Below, piece after piece: positions 1 to 9,791 of a stretch of DNA of 64,000 nucleotides. Numbering within the stretch: the first letter of the stretch is position 1; the number at the start of each line of letters is the position of its first letter. This DNA comes from a virus, in the IMG/VR virus record IMGVR_UViG_3300015249_000001, positions 1 through 64,000 of that record, one strand, 5' to 3'. Below the pieces are notes generated by a model that ran no database searches, was not told where the DNA came from, and was given only the letters and a program-made list of their open reading frames with translations. The position numbers and the translations under genes are program-made.

Positions 1-343
1 GCACGTACGGTTCATAACCAGTATCACTACGGGCATTTGTCGGGGTCGTGAAAGTATTGGTGGCCTTTACAAGGCTACGGGGCACAGCGCAGCTTATCGT
101 GATCTGCTTGCTGTAATCCAGGATGCCGAAGCCGAAGGGCAACCCCCCAGAACCAGACAGCGTGGTCTTCAACTTCTGCCAGTTGGTCTGCTTCAAGGCG
201 CTGCCTTGCATCATCCTTATGACCGAAGCGCCCCCTATCACCTCGTAATTCTGGTTGAACCCAAGGCAGTCAAAAATATTGGCGCGGACCTCGTTTGTGC
301 CATCGCTCAGCTTGAACCACCTAGCGTGGTCTTGGATACCCAT
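1..343 (-). CDS. hypothetical tail-module protein, N-terminal part only (ORF continues past left edge)
   Basis: ATG 343-341 with GGAGG (354-350) 6 nt upstream; my translation MGIQDHARWFKLSDGTNEV... stays open 114 codons to position 2; lies downstream of tape measure on - strand. Confidence 0.5.
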   Translation of the reverse strand, partial: MGIQDHARWFKLSDGTNEVRANIFDCLGFNQNYEVIGGASVIRMMQGSALKQTNWQKLKTTLSGSGGLPFGFGILDYSKQITISCAVPRSLVKATNTFTTPTNARSDTGYEPYV

Positions 344-368
344 CAAAAGCCTCCTATACCCTTAAAAT

Positions 369-794
369 TCAAGCCCCATTACTTGGGATGTCTTCCCTAC
401 TGCTGTCCTGCGGGCTTTCTGGAACATGCTCAGGGGCAGGGGGTGTGGAGGCAATCACGGCATCGACCATTTTTTGCTTGGCTACCCGAGCTTGCTCACC
501 CGATGCCCCTAGCAACTTGCCTTCGTTACGCTGGGCCTCACCATGCTCACGCAGGAAGTCCGTCAAGCGGCTGTTAACGCTGAGGTGCGTCTCTTGGGAT
601 TTCAAATACGCAGCCACCGCCGCAATGGTCGGCAAGGCGGCCTGGGCAATGTTGCCGAGCAAGGCCACGGCATCGATTTGTGGCCTAAGATAAAGCAGCG
701 CCAAGAAAAATACCGCCGAGATCAGGATAATGATAACCGTCGTGTATAAGTACGGGGCTGGGTTAGTGGGCGGGATGGGGGTGTTCTCTGCCAT
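369..794 (-). CDS. small membrane protein downstream of tape measure
   Basis: 141 aa; ATG 794 preceded by AGGTGGAG and a dyad cassette copy (815-826); one TM helix YLYTTVIIILISAVFFLALLYL. Confidence 0.6.
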   Translation of the reverse strand: MAENTPIPPTNPAPYLYTTVIIILISAVFFLALLYLRPQIDAVALLGNIAQAALPTIAAVAAYLKSQETHLSVNSRLTDFLREHGEAQRNEGKLLGASGEQARVAKQKMVDAVIASTPPAPEHVPESPQDSSREDIPSNGA

Positions 795-814
795 TAGTGT
801 TCTCCACCTAAAAT

Positions 815-826
815 TTGTAGTTACAA
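815..826. promoter_or_regulatory. dyad TTGTAGTTACAA (exact TTGTA-NN-TACAA)
   Basis: 20 nt upstream of - strand start 794. Confidence 0.7.
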
Positions 827-833
827 AAAGTAA

Positions 834-3800
834 TCATTTCCTACTGCCTGTCTTCAACCGTTGTAACCTGACCTGGGACTGGAAGCTAGGCACTTGGTCA
901 GGTTCCGCCATCGCGGTCAAGGTTGCCCCGCCCACATCTATGATGACCGGTTGCAGCGTTTGTGTCACTGTCCTGTCGGGCCTAGCCAACCCTGGGCTAG
1001 AGGGCTTGCTGATCCTTTGGGCCACTTCTGGGTCGAGTTGCAACGTACGCAACTTGTCCATGAAGTCCTTACCGTAAAGGTTGACCGCGCTGGCGGGTTG
1101 CATGTACTCACCATCTGAACCCCACAGGGGCACCTTGTCCTCTGTAGGTCCTCCAGGACCCTGGACTAGCCCACCTTGGGCATAGCCTATAAGCGTAGTA
1201 TCCTGTGGTTGTTCATTCTTCTTGCGCAGCTTATCTGCAAGGTCAGAGACTTGGGAGTCGTTAAGCGTAGGGTTATTTTCCTCACCCCCCGATGCCCGGT
1301 CTTGGGCGGTCTCGGCTTTATTAGTCCCACCTGTGGGCGTACCCCCTGGAAAACCATTCGCCAAGGTCTCCTTAAGTTTTTCCAAGGTAGTCGTCAAGTT
1401 ATTCACCGCATCTGTCAACTCTTGTTCGGCATACCTGGAAAATAGCAAGGAACTATTAAGTGAATTTACCTCATCTGTCAGGTTGCTGACAAAATTTGAC
1501 TGTTGGTTGATCTCTTGTGAATTGATAGCCAAGGCTGTATCCCTGGCTTGCTCAGTCAAGGATAGTGCCTCATCCTTGCTTATGCCCCCAGAGGACAACA
1601 AGTCCTTGATGTCGGACACTGCCCCTTTCGCAAGCTCCACCGACCCGGATGCCCCTGCGGCAGTGATCGTGTCCTGGATGTCAGAGACTGTCAGCTTCTC
1701 CCCAGAGATTTCACGCAGGCTCTTGTTGAAAAAATCCTCTAACTCCGCCTGCTTCTCATACAGGCTGGCAAGCTTTTCCCTTGCGGATTGCAAGCGTGAG
1801 GACGCATTCTGCAGGTTATTCTCCAAGGAAAGTGTACGGCTCTTTTGCTCCGTAAGTTTCTTATTGGTGTCCTGCAACTTGCTGTCCAACTCCTTGCGTT
1901 GGGCATTTTCAAGGTCAGCTATACTCTCTTCCCTAAGCGTCTTTTCCTTCCCAACCACCTCAGATAAAGCCTTATATGCGTCCGCCAAATCCTTAGACCC
2001 GGCCAATGCCTGTCTTCCCACATCCCCGGATAGCGCTTTCAATAAGCCTTCTGGACCGACATCTTTGGTATCGAATAGGGCTTCCTTGTCCACCTGTTTG
2101 CGTAAGGCTACGGCCAACAACTCTTTTTCAGAAGCAAGTTGCTTCTTTTGTATTTCATAAATTTCCTGGATAAGCTTGACCTCATCTTCCGTAGAATGCA
2201 CCTTGGTGTTGTGCAAGGTGGCTAGCCTGCCTTTCAGGTTTTTGACTTCAAGTTCCCCGACCAGGGACTGGCGTTGGGCTGCTTCCAGCTTCTGCTCCGT
2301 GGTTTCTTCCTCGACCGCAGAACTTGCCAACAAGTCTTTAGCCCGGACTAACCGCTCCTGGTGGGTTATGAGCTGTTTCTTTAAGTCCTCTAATCGGGCA
2401 TCAGTAACATTTCCATCAGCTACCTCCTTCTGGGTGTACCGGATAAAATCTTGCAGGCTCTTCTGCTCCTGCTCCACTACTTTCTTCTGCCCTTCCTTAA
2501 GCTGAGCTGCATGTTCGTTAGCTTTTTTACGGTCTTCAAGGCTTTTAGCAAAGTCTTGTTCAAAGTTCTCTGCCGTGGGCAGTTTCCTGTTTATGGGCAC
2601 TTCATTCTGGGATAGCGTCAACGCCTTTTGGAACTTTTCCAATCCTAGGTTAGCTTTATTTTTGGCCGCATCTGCCAATATTGAGGGGGAAAACAGCTTA
2701 CCCTCCTTAGTGATACTTAGGATAGCCTCTACCAACTGGGTTTGCCCATCCTCTATAGCTGAGAAGGTTTCTGCTTGCAGCCTTGCATAGCTAGGCCCCT
2801 GGATGCCGAGTGGATCCACTTGGAAAGCCTTGAAAAATTGCTCTATCTCTTTTTTCTTGTCCTCCAGCTTGTCCCCTTTGAGTTCTTTCTGGGACGTTTT
2901 AACAAACTCGGTCAGGGATAATTTACTGCCCTTCAATTCAAGCAACTTGTTAGCTTGCTCAATGTCCTGGGTACGTGTGTAAATAAGGCTGCGTTCTTTA
3001 TCGGTCAGCTTACCGAACGCATCAAGCAGCAGCTTTTCCTGCTCAGAAAGGCTACCTGCCTGCTGGTTTGAGAATGCTTTCTTGAGGTCTCCTAGCAATA
3101 CTTTCCGGACCCCTTCCGCCTCCTGCACAGCCGTATTGTACTTCTGCAAATCGGAAGCCAATTGGTTCCTGTCTACAGCCCCCTTAGCCAGCCCTGCTGA
3201 CTTTTCCAACTCTATGGCGACGTCTTCCAACGCTTGGCTACCGACAGCCACAACCTCATCAGAAGCTACCTTGAACAGCTCAGTAATCTTGTCCTTATTG
3301 GCATCGTTCAAATACACATCCAAGGCAGAATTGGCTTTGGAAATTGTGTCTTTAAAAGATTGGACTTGTTTGGCTTCCTCTTCTGCGGAGGCCTTCAAGG
3401 CGTCGAACGCTTCCTGCGCCTTTTGGTTCTCTATGCCAAGGGCTGCCAACGCCTTGGCCTTTTCCTCCTCGATGCGCTGCTTGTTGCCGAAAATATCCGT
3501 CTTGTCTATGACGTAGTTAATGCCTTCATAAAGACCATAAATAGCCAAAGACCAAGGGGCCAATCGGGTAACTATAAGGGTGCTGGCTACTTTTATGCCC
3601 TCCCATAACTTAGTGGCCGAAGTGGCGTAACCAAGGATAATACCGGCCACCGCCTTGGCCTTGGAGGTGATGCCACCGATCTTATCTTTTGCCAGCTGGG
3701 ACAGGGTGGCCAAGGTGCTGACAGTTTCCTCCGCCAAAATCACTCCATCAGGACCTACAGCCGAGGCAACCTTGCCCGCCCCCTTGGCTTTGGCTACCGC

Positions 3801-6800
3801 TTTAGCCTTGCCTACCAGTATGGAAATCCCCGCTTGGGCAAGCAGGGCGGTGGTGATGACCTCTACAGCCGTGGCAAAGTTCTTTACCGTTTTATTGGTG
3901 GCCCCAAATACAGTGGACACCTCCTGGGCAATACCCACCAGCAGCCCATACACTAAAGCCTTGCCAATAGTGAATTGTTTAAGCAGCAGGGTGAGGGTAG
4001 TGGCTATGCCACTCTGGGTGGCCCCGCCTACACCGGTGTCCCCTGTCCCTGCCCTCAACTCATTAAGGGAGTGCTTGAATTGGTCAAGGAGGGCCGTGGC
4101 GTTCTTGACCACCTTAGTGATCTGCCGGAGCGTACCCTCAAAGGCGCTGAACAAGGTGTTCGTCAGGGTTTCGGTCAAGTTCTGGAAGGAGGCCTGCAAG
4201 GACTCCATCTGTATCTTGGTACCCTCCGCCGCTGTGCCTGTCTCCTTGATAGCCACTGTATTGGCAATATAAGCATCCTTGTTGGCAAGCAGGGTCTTGA
4301 CCACGTTCTCCGCCCGGATGTCCAAGACTCGGGTAAATTGGTTTTCACCAACACCCCCTACGCCGATCTTCTCCAACTCATTAAGGACTGCCAACAAGGG
4401 GTCCTTGGCATTGGCAAAGCCAGCAAACATGGCCCTGATCGTGTCTTGCGATAGGTTTTGCCCTATTGAAGCGTACTGTTTTTGCAAGCCTTCAACCGTC
4501 TTCTTGTCCGGCTTGAATAGCTCCAACAAGCCTTGGCGTAAGCCTGTACCTATAGTGGACGCCTTGATGCCTGCATTACGCAGAGTGGCTGCGGCAGCCG
4601 TGACGCTATCCACCGACAGGTTAAAAGACTCCGATGTCTCCAGGAGGAAGTTGGATATGGTGCGTAAGTCACTGACGCTAAGCTTGGAAATATTGACTGC
4701 ATTGCGTAGCTTGTCTGCCAGCTCGCCTGGGTCGGCGTCCTTGAACACTTCTAGGAAAGTGGTCAAGATGTCGGAAGTTTCCGACATGGATGAGCCAGTG
4801 GACGATGCCAAGTCAGCGGTCGCCCTCAGGACGGTGTTGAAATCCTTGATCTGTACGCCAGCCTGCACCAAGGTCTGGCCGGCCTGTGCAACGTCCAGCA
4901 CACTGAAAGCCGTGGTCTGGGCAACATCTTGCACAGATGCGGTGATGCCTATCATTTCCTGGTTGGTTGCCCCAGCAACCGCCTTGATGGAAATCAGTGC
5001 GGCTTGCAGGTCTATGATAGAGGCGATCGCTGTCCTGATGGAATCAGCCACCTTGTACATGATGGTGTAGAGGACAGCGTAGCGGAAAAACAACTGCAGC
5101 GACCTGCCGCTCTGGACAAAGATGTTATCCAGGTTGGACATTTCACTGGTGAGTGTGGATATGACCGCTTTCTGTTCCTTAAGCAACCGGTTGGTGCCTG
5201 CTGTGCTGACACCCATCTTCTTTTGCTGGCTCTCCAAGGCAATCAATGCCTGGATGTACCTTTCCTCCGCACGCAATAGCTGTTGCTTAGTGCTTAACTG
5301 TTCCTTGAAGGATGAGTTGTATTGCCTCGCAGTGTCTGCCAACTGTCGTGCATTCTCGACCGCATGTTGGGCCTTGGAAACATCTTCCTCCCTGCCCTTC
5401 AAGATGACATCCGGTTGCCTTAAGGCTGCCTGTGCTTCTGCCTTGCGCTTGATACGGTCAGCGTCTGCCTTGGCCTTACGGTTTTCTGCCTCGTCTGCCT
5501 GCCTGTCGGCAGCAGCAGCCCTCTTTTTGGCCGCATCCTCTTGCTTGCGGGCTTCCTCCACCAGTTTTAAAGTTTGTTTCCTGGCCTCTTCCCCAGATTT
5601 GCCGGCCTTTTGGATAAGTTCAGCTTCTAGTTTCTCGGCCTCCTTCCTCCTACGTTCAGCTTCCTTGGCAGGGCCTTCCACATCTTCCTTCCTAGCCCTG
5701 CGTAAGTTGGCCAGTCTTTCGTTCTCCGCCCTTACCAGCTCTTGGTTCCTGAGAATTTGGCGGTCTAGCTGCTTTATCAGCAGGTCACCATCAGCGATCT
5801 GGGTCTTGAAAGTGTCTGTCTTGGCAGTACCGTCTACCTGCTTACGTAGGTCCAACAGTTCCTGGACAGCCGCTCTCTGCTTTTGCAGGGCTTCCACAGC
5901 TTGCTTGGTGCCCTCGTCCCTCTGCCCTGCACGGAAAGTCGTTTCATTGACTTTTAGCTGGGCCTTATTGAGCGCGCCTACTTGTTGGGTGAGGAGTTGA
6001 TACGCCTCTGGTGTACCCTTTAAGGAATCCTTTAAGTTTTGTGAAAGCTTGAACAGCTCAGGGCTGACCCTTTTCAGCTCCTGCCCGAGCTTTGCCAGCT
6101 TCTCCTGTACTTGGTCTTCCGAGATTGCCATTTCCTTGCCGGACTGCTGGGCAAGGCGCAACTGGGCTATCTGGTTTATCAGTGCGGATGTGTAAGTGTT
6201 AAGCGCCTTGATCCTACCGGAATCCCCAACGCTGGCAGCCCCCTCACCCCTGGTAAACTCGAAGGCTTCCCGAGCAACGGCAGTACGGTTGTCCAACCCG
6301 GACAAGGCCAGCTCAGAGGCTTTTATTTGGTCTAAAGTGGCTTTCTTCCTTACATTGACAACATCCCCCACTTGCTTGAGGGTCTGCGCCACCTTGCCGA
6401 CTTTAGACTTGGCTATTGCATCTTCCCCCGCCGCAAGCACTTCCTGTACGGCCTTCTTGTACTCCGCCGCCTCTGCAGTCAGTTGGGTAGTAGCTTGCCT
6501 TAAAGTCTTGCCTTCTAAATCAAGGAAAGCCTTTAGTGGACTTTTGCCCCTAGGCCCTAGCCCAGAGGCATTGCCGGTCTCCTTGGCTACTAGGGTCAGC
6601 AGTTCCCTCAGCTTGGCCCCAACAATCTTGCCGTCCTTATCAAGGACATCGGTAGTTTCCTTAAGCTTCTTCTTGACCGCCAAGGCAAGGTTGTTTTTCG
6701 TCCCTGTTTCCAGGGAGGTGCCCAAGGTTTTAAGCAGGGCATTGACTTCTTTATCAATGATCCCCTTGGCTTTGGCTATTTGTTGGGCAAAGCCTTTTTG

Positions 6801-6971
6801 GTCAAATTGGTAGTCTAAGGGTAGCTTAGTGGAGGACTGTACCTTTTTAAGTAGGCCTTTTAGCTGCTTGTCTATCTCGGCAGCGAGCGCCTTGGCTTCT
6901 ACCTTTCCAGGTTCGAGGTCTAAATCAATCCCAAGCTTGAGGGATGCGGGGGCTTTGTTTGATGATGCCAT
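834..6971 (-). CDS. tail tape measure protein
   Basis: 2,045 aa from ATG 6971 (track ORF starts at upstream TTG 6983); long K/E/A/Q coiled-coil regions plus central hydrophobic core (VAGATNQEMIGITASVQDVAQTT...SSTGSSMSETSDILT) typical of tape measure core domain. Confidence 0.9.
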   Translation of the reverse strand: MASSNKAPASLKLGIDLDLEPGKVEAKALAAEIDKQLKGLLKKVQSSTKLPLDYQFDQKGFAQQIAKAKGIIDKEVNALLKTLGTSLETGTKNNLALAVKKKLKETTDVLDKDGKIVGAKLRELLTLVAKETGNASGLGPRGKSPLKAFLDLEGKTLRQATTQLTAEAAEYKKAVQEVLAAGEDAIAKSKVGKVAQTLKQVGDVVNVRKKATLDQIKASELALSGLDNRTAVAREAFEFTRGEGAASVGDSGRIKALNTYTSALINQIAQLRLAQQSGKEMAISEDQVQEKLAKLGQELKRVSPELFKLSQNLKDSLKGTPEAYQLLTQQVGALNKAQLKVNETTFRAGQRDEGTKQAVEALQKQRAAVQELLDLRKQVDGTAKTDTFKTQIADGDLLIKQLDRQILRNQELVRAENERLANLRRARKEDVEGPAKEAERRRKEAEKLEAELIQKAGKSGEEARKQTLKLVEEARKQEDAAKKRAAAADRQADEAENRKAKADADRIKRKAEAQAALRQPDVILKGREEDVSKAQHAVENARQLADTARQYNSSFKEQLSTKQQLLRAEERYIQALIALESQQKKMGVSTAGTNRLLKEQKAVISTLTSEMSNLDNIFVQSGRSLQLFFRYAVLYTIMYKVADSIRTAIASIIDLQAALISIKAVAGATNQEMIGITASVQDVAQTTAFSVLDVAQAGQTLVQAGVQIKDFNTVLRATADLASSTGSSMSETSDILTTFLEVFKDADPGELADKLRNAVNISKLSVSDLRTISNFLLETSESFNLSVDSVTAAAATLRNAGIKASTIGTGLRQGLLELFKPDKKTVEGLQKQYASIGQNLSQDTIRAMFAGFANAKDPLLAVLNELEKIGVGGVGENQFTRVLDIRAENVVKTLLANKDAYIANTVAIKETGTAAEGTKIQMESLQASFQNLTETLTNTLFSAFEGTLRQITKVVKNATALLDQFKHSLNELRAGTGDTGVGGATQSGIATTLTLLLKQFTIGKALVYGLLVGIAQEVSTVFGATNKTVKNFATAVEVITTALLAQAGISILVGKAKAVAKAKGAGKVASAVGPDGVILAEETVSTLATLSQLAKDKIGGITSKAKAVAGIILGYATSATKLWEGIKVASTLIVTRLAPWSLAIYGLYEGINYVIDKTDIFGNKQRIEEEKAKALAALGIENQKAQEAFDALKASAEEEAKQVQSFKDTISKANSALDVYLNDANKDKITELFKVASDEVVAVGSQALEDVAIELEKSAGLAKGAVDRNQLASDLQKYNTAVQEAEGVRKVLLGDLKKAFSNQQAGSLSEQEKLLLDAFGKLTDKERSLIYTRTQDIEQANKLLELKGSKLSLTEFVKTSQKELKGDKLEDKKKEIEQFFKAFQVDPLGIQGPSYARLQAETFSAIEDGQTQLVEAILSITKEGKLFSPSILADAAKNKANLGLEKFQKALTLSQNEVPINRKLPTAENFEQDFAKSLEDRKKANEHAAQLKEGQKKVVEQEQKSLQDFIRYTQKEVADGNVTDARLEDLKKQLITHQERLVRAKDLLASSAVEEETTEQKLEAAQRQSLVGELEVKNLKGRLATLHNTKVHSTEDEVKLIQEIYEIQKKQLASEKELLAVALRKQVDKEALFDTKDVGPEGLLKALSGDVGRQALAGSKDLADAYKALSEVVGKEKTLREESIADLENAQRKELDSKLQDTNKKLTEQKSRTLSLENNLQNASSRLQSAREKLASLYEKQAELEDFFNKSLREISGEKLTVSDIQDTITAAGASGSVELAKGAVSDIKDLLSSGGISKDEALSLTEQARDTALAINSQEINQQSNFVSNLTDEVNSLNSSLLFSRYAEQELTDAVNNLTTTLEKLKETLANGFPGGTPTGGTNKAETAQDRASGGEENNPTLNDSQVSDLADKLRKKNEQPQDTTLIGYAQGGLVQGPGGPTEDKVPLWGSDGEYMQPASAVNLYGKDFMDKLRTLQLDPEVAQRISKPSSPGLARPDRTVTQTLQPVIIDVGGATLTAMAEPDQVPSFQSQVRLQRLKTGSRK

Positions 6972-7003
6972 TTGGGATTCCAAGTAGCTAGGTTACTCAA
7001 GTC

Positions 7004-7034
7004 CCCACAAGCCCCGTAACCAAAGGCTTGTGGG
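7004..7034 (-). other. 10-bp perfect stem-loop between putative tube gene and tape measure gene
   Basis: CCCACAAGCC (7004-7013) / GGCTTGTGGG (7025-7034), 11-nt loop; no U-tract on the - strand so not a canonical intrinsic terminator. Confidence 0.45.
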
Positions 7035-7051
7035 TTCAACTCCAGTCTTCC

Positions 7052-7888
7052 TTATTGGTCTGCGCCGCCGATACGGGCACCCATAGGGTACAGTTCGATC
7101 AGGCTTGCTACGTTGTTTAGAGACCCACCGACACCTACGTCAGTATTGGACGGTGCAAGGATCTTGTAGTCCATCGCAAGGCTTGCGTAATCCGTAGCGG
7201 AAGTGCCTTGTTCCATAGAGCCTGTGTTTGCTGCCTTCCAGATCAACCAAACAAGAGGGCGGCCAGAGACACTTTTTTGTTGGATAACCGAAGCCGTGAA
7301 GTAGTTGGTCTTGGTCACGTTACCGGCTGCCACGCCATGCGCCTTGAATACGTGGTACTCACGGGTGGAATCGGCCAGGGCTGGATAGGCTACCAGCGTC
7401 CCCATGCCTGTTTTCAGGGTAATGGCATTGACTGCAATAGAAGCAATCTGGCTGACTGTAACATCCTCCGGCTTACCCTCTGGGTAGATTACAATAACGT
7501 CATCAACCGCAAGGCCAGCAGCACTGATTACATCGAAAGTCACTGCGTTGGCCGCCACATCCGCCGTATCTACCAAGGTGGTCTTCACGTCCGTGATTAC
7601 GTCTGTGCTGACCGCATTGCCCAGCATGATGTCAATATTCCTGCGGGAAAACTCCCGCGCTGTAGCCTTGAGCGTGCCGGTCTGCTCCGTAATCTGCGTG
7701 TCCACAATTTGCTGTGGAAACATACCTTTCAAGTCAACAGAGGTATTTGCAAAACCTATGGTGACATTATCCACAAGGCCGACAGAGCGACCTTGTGCCA
7801 GCCTAGCTGCCTCTGTCATAGGCCCTACACGTAGTTCTGCGGTACCAATAGAAAATTCGTTTGTTTGTGGTGAACCTAATCGAGCCAT
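7052..7888 (-). CDS. putative major tail (tube) protein
   Basis: 278 aa; AGGAG 7 nt upstream of ATG 7888; occupies the slot immediately upstream of the tape measure; call is positional only. Confidence 0.5.
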   Translation of the reverse strand: MARLGSPQTNEFSIGTAELRVGPMTEAARLAQGRSVGLVDNVTIGFANTSVDLKGMFPQQIVDTQITEQTGTLKATAREFSRRNIDIMLGNAVSTDVITDVKTTLVDTADVAANAVTFDVISAAGLAVDDVIVIYPEGKPEDVTVSQIASIAVNAITLKTGMGTLVAYPALADSTREYHVFKAHGVAAGNVTKTNYFTASVIQQKSVSGRPLVWLIWKAANTGSMEQGTSATDYASLAMDYKILAPSNTDVGVGGSLNNVASLIELYPMGARIGGADQ

Positions 7889-7999
7889 GTCAGTCTCCTG
7901 CCGGGTGAAAAAATAAGACGAAAGAATCTTAGCACAGTTGCGATAAGCCGTTAAATCTTTTAGTGGTTTTTACCCCTAAACCCATGCTAAATTACCCAA

Positions 8000-8599
8000 A
8001 TGCACTCTATTTTTTTACCCCGCACAGACTTAAGGTTCAAGGTACCCTTGCTGGCCTTGGAATACTACGCCTTGAATATCACCCCTGATACGCCCCAAGA
8101 AGACAAGGCTTGGCATCTTGATTATATCCTACGGGTGCTGTGCTTGATCCGGCCTTGGGTCACCAAGGATGCAGAGTACCTGATCCAGAGGATTAAGGAA
8201 GCCAATGAAAGGCCCACCTCCCAAGCTACCCCTGCAACGGACAGGTTGACGTTTAGCTCCCGGTTCAATAAATGGATGCAAGAGCTGCCCACTGACGCCT
8301 TGCTGGCCGAAATGACCGGCTATGATACCCAGCGTATGCGGCAACTTTACTGCGTGGAGGATTACGTGACTACGCAAAAGCTAATCAAGCATTATGTCGA
8401 AGGTTTGCACCAAAAGAACCTGATGGCTTACGAGTGCGCCTTGTACGGGGCAGGGAACAGTTATAAAGGGGACCAACCCAAGGACCCCAACACCAAGGTT
8501 TGGGATGCCAACACCAAGGAGGGCATGGCGGCTATGGGGCAATTCGGCTTCGGGGCAATCAAGGACCCTTTGGCATTTGGGATCAAGTTGGATATTTAA
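8000..8599 (+). CDS. hypothetical protein
   Basis: 199 aa ORF on + strand inside the - strand morphogenesis block; no clear SD; no motif recognised. Confidence 0.4.
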   Translation: MHSIFLPRTDLRFKVPLLALEYYALNITPDTPQEDKAWHLDYILRVLCLIRPWVTKDAEYLIQRIKEANERPTSQATPATDRLTFSSRFNKWMQELPTDALLAEMTGYDTQRMRQLYCVEDYVTTQKLIKHYVEGLHQKNLMAYECALYGAGNSYKGDQPKDPNTKVWDANTKEGMAAMGQFGFGAIKDPLAFGIKLDI

Positions 8600-8612
8600 A
8601 GGCAGGCCTGAC

Positions 8613-8825
8613 ATGGACCCTACGATTTTCGACATCGACACATGGAGCAAGGCCGGTATTGTGGGCTTGTGCCTGATGGGGGCTTTTACCTGGGTTTTTA
8701 CGGTCACGCGGGCATTCTTACGCTGGGGGGACCTGGCTGCCCGCATCTGCCAGTCGCAGTACCTGCCAAAGGTGCTGCACGAAAACTGTAAACGGCGCCG
8801 GGCCAAAAAACCAGAGCTGCCTTGA
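8613..8825 (+). CDS. holin-like small membrane protein (candidate)
   Basis: 70 aa from internal ATG 8613; single TM (AGIVGLCLMGAFTWVFTV) and basic tail KRRRAKKPELP; upstream of spanin pair. Confidence 0.45.
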   Translation: MDPTIFDIDTWSKAGIVGLCLMGAFTWVFTVTRAFLRWGDLAARICQSQYLPKVLHENCKRRRAKKPELP

Positions 8826-8901
8826 CTGCAATAGGCATAGGGCATAAGATCACCAAGTCTAGTAATGACTTTCAACTTAAATTTTACTTTAGGAAACAAA
8901 G

Positions 8902-9147
8902 ATGGATATAGGTGAAGCTTTTAATGCTGTGCTTTCAGGTGAATACGACTACGCTACCAACCCAAGTTTCGCAGGGTTCAAGTACCGAAAAATAGACCTT
9001 TCTGCAGTCCCGCCAATCCCAGGGTTCACTATCGAATCCTACTGCCTGGGCCGGGTGACCCCACAAAACAAGATTCACATGAACTTTAGCCCTGACCACA
9101 AAGAGATTATCAGCCCTCTGTGGGAAGTGCATAACGACCCTGCATAA
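8902..9147 (+). CDS. hypothetical protein
   Basis: 81 aa; SD-like AGGAAACAAAG directly before ATG 8902. Confidence 0.55.
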   Translation: MDIGEAFNAVLSGEYDYATNPSFAGFKYRKIDLSAVPPIPGFTIESYCLGRVTPQNKIHMNFSPDHKEIISPLWEVHNDPA

Positions 9148-9311
9148 TTGACCAGCAAACCCAAGCTGCATTGGGGGTCGGCCTCCAATGAAGGCCAAGT
9201 CAAAGCCCTGTGTGGGCAGGTCGGCAAACTTATCCAGTATGCGGACACCCTAAGGGCCTTGACTTGCCATGCGTGTTGGAAGAAGCTGAAAAAGGCTAAG
9301 CAGGTTTAGGG

Positions 9312-9791
9312 ATGCCTTACCTAATAGCCGCCCTCCTTGCCTTTTCTTTCGCCGCTGGCTTCGGTACGGCTTACCGGTTCTACTCCACGAAGGCAGAGCT
9401 GCTCCAGCTCTCAATAGATACAGGCAACACGCTTGCGGGCCAGGAACTTAAATCCCTCCAGGTAGCCTTAAGGTCAAGCCAGGAAAAGGCGCTGGCCTTA
9501 AACACCCAGCTGGAGGATGCCCATGAGAGCGATATTCAGACTATCAATTATTACGCTGGCCAGCTTGCTGCTGTCCAGTTGCCAAAGCCAGCCGGTCATC
9601 AAGGTTGTGCAGACGCCTTGCCAAAAACCAAGCATCCCCCTGTCATTGCAGAAGATGCAACCCACCGAACCGACGTTCCAGAAAAACTTGCTGGATTTCT
9701 ACAGGCAGAAACTTACCGGGCAGACCAAGCCGCCCTAGACAAAAACATGCTGCTAAAGTTTGTGTTGGCTAATTGCGGGGTTTCAAACTAG
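9312..9791 (+). CDS. Rz: i-spanin (Rz-like)
   Basis: 159 aa; N-terminal TM MPYLIAALLAFSFAAGFGTAY then coiled-coil-like periplasmic region; contains an embedded lipoprotein ORF in +1 frame. Confidence 0.7.
   Translation: MPYLIAALLAFSFAAGFGTAYRFYSTKAELLQLSIDTGNTLAGQELKSLQVALRSSQEKALALNTQLEDAHESDIQTINYYAGQLAAVQLPKPAGHQGCADALPKTKHPPVIAEDATHRTDVPEKLAGFLQAETYRADQAALDKNMLLKFVLANCGVSN
9517..9738 (+). CDS. Rz1: o-spanin (Rz1-like lipoprotein) embedded in i-spanin gene
   Basis: 73 aa; GGAGG 7 nt upstream; signal + lipobox LLSSC; Pro-rich mature part; fully nested out of frame in 9312-9791. Confidence 0.65.
   Translation: MPMRAIFRLSIITLASLLLSSCQSQPVIKVVQTPCQKPSIPLSLQKMQPTEPTFQKNLLDFYRQKLTGQTKPP

Noticed and set aside
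894-6813. Many 70-310-aa plus-strand ORFs (for example 1222-2160, 4279-5070, 5122-6000) inside the tape measure gene
   Set aside because: They lie antisense to a 2,045-aa ORF with clear tape measure features. Their products are low-complexity S/L/A-rich mirror translations of the K/E/A-rich sense strand, and no SDs were seen.
7032-7043. GGGTTCAACTCC, resembling a tRNA T-arm
   Set aside because: The flanking bases do not form a T-stem (GTGGG versus CCAGT), and no acceptor, D or anticodon arms can be drawn. It is part of the tube/tape-measure hairpin region.
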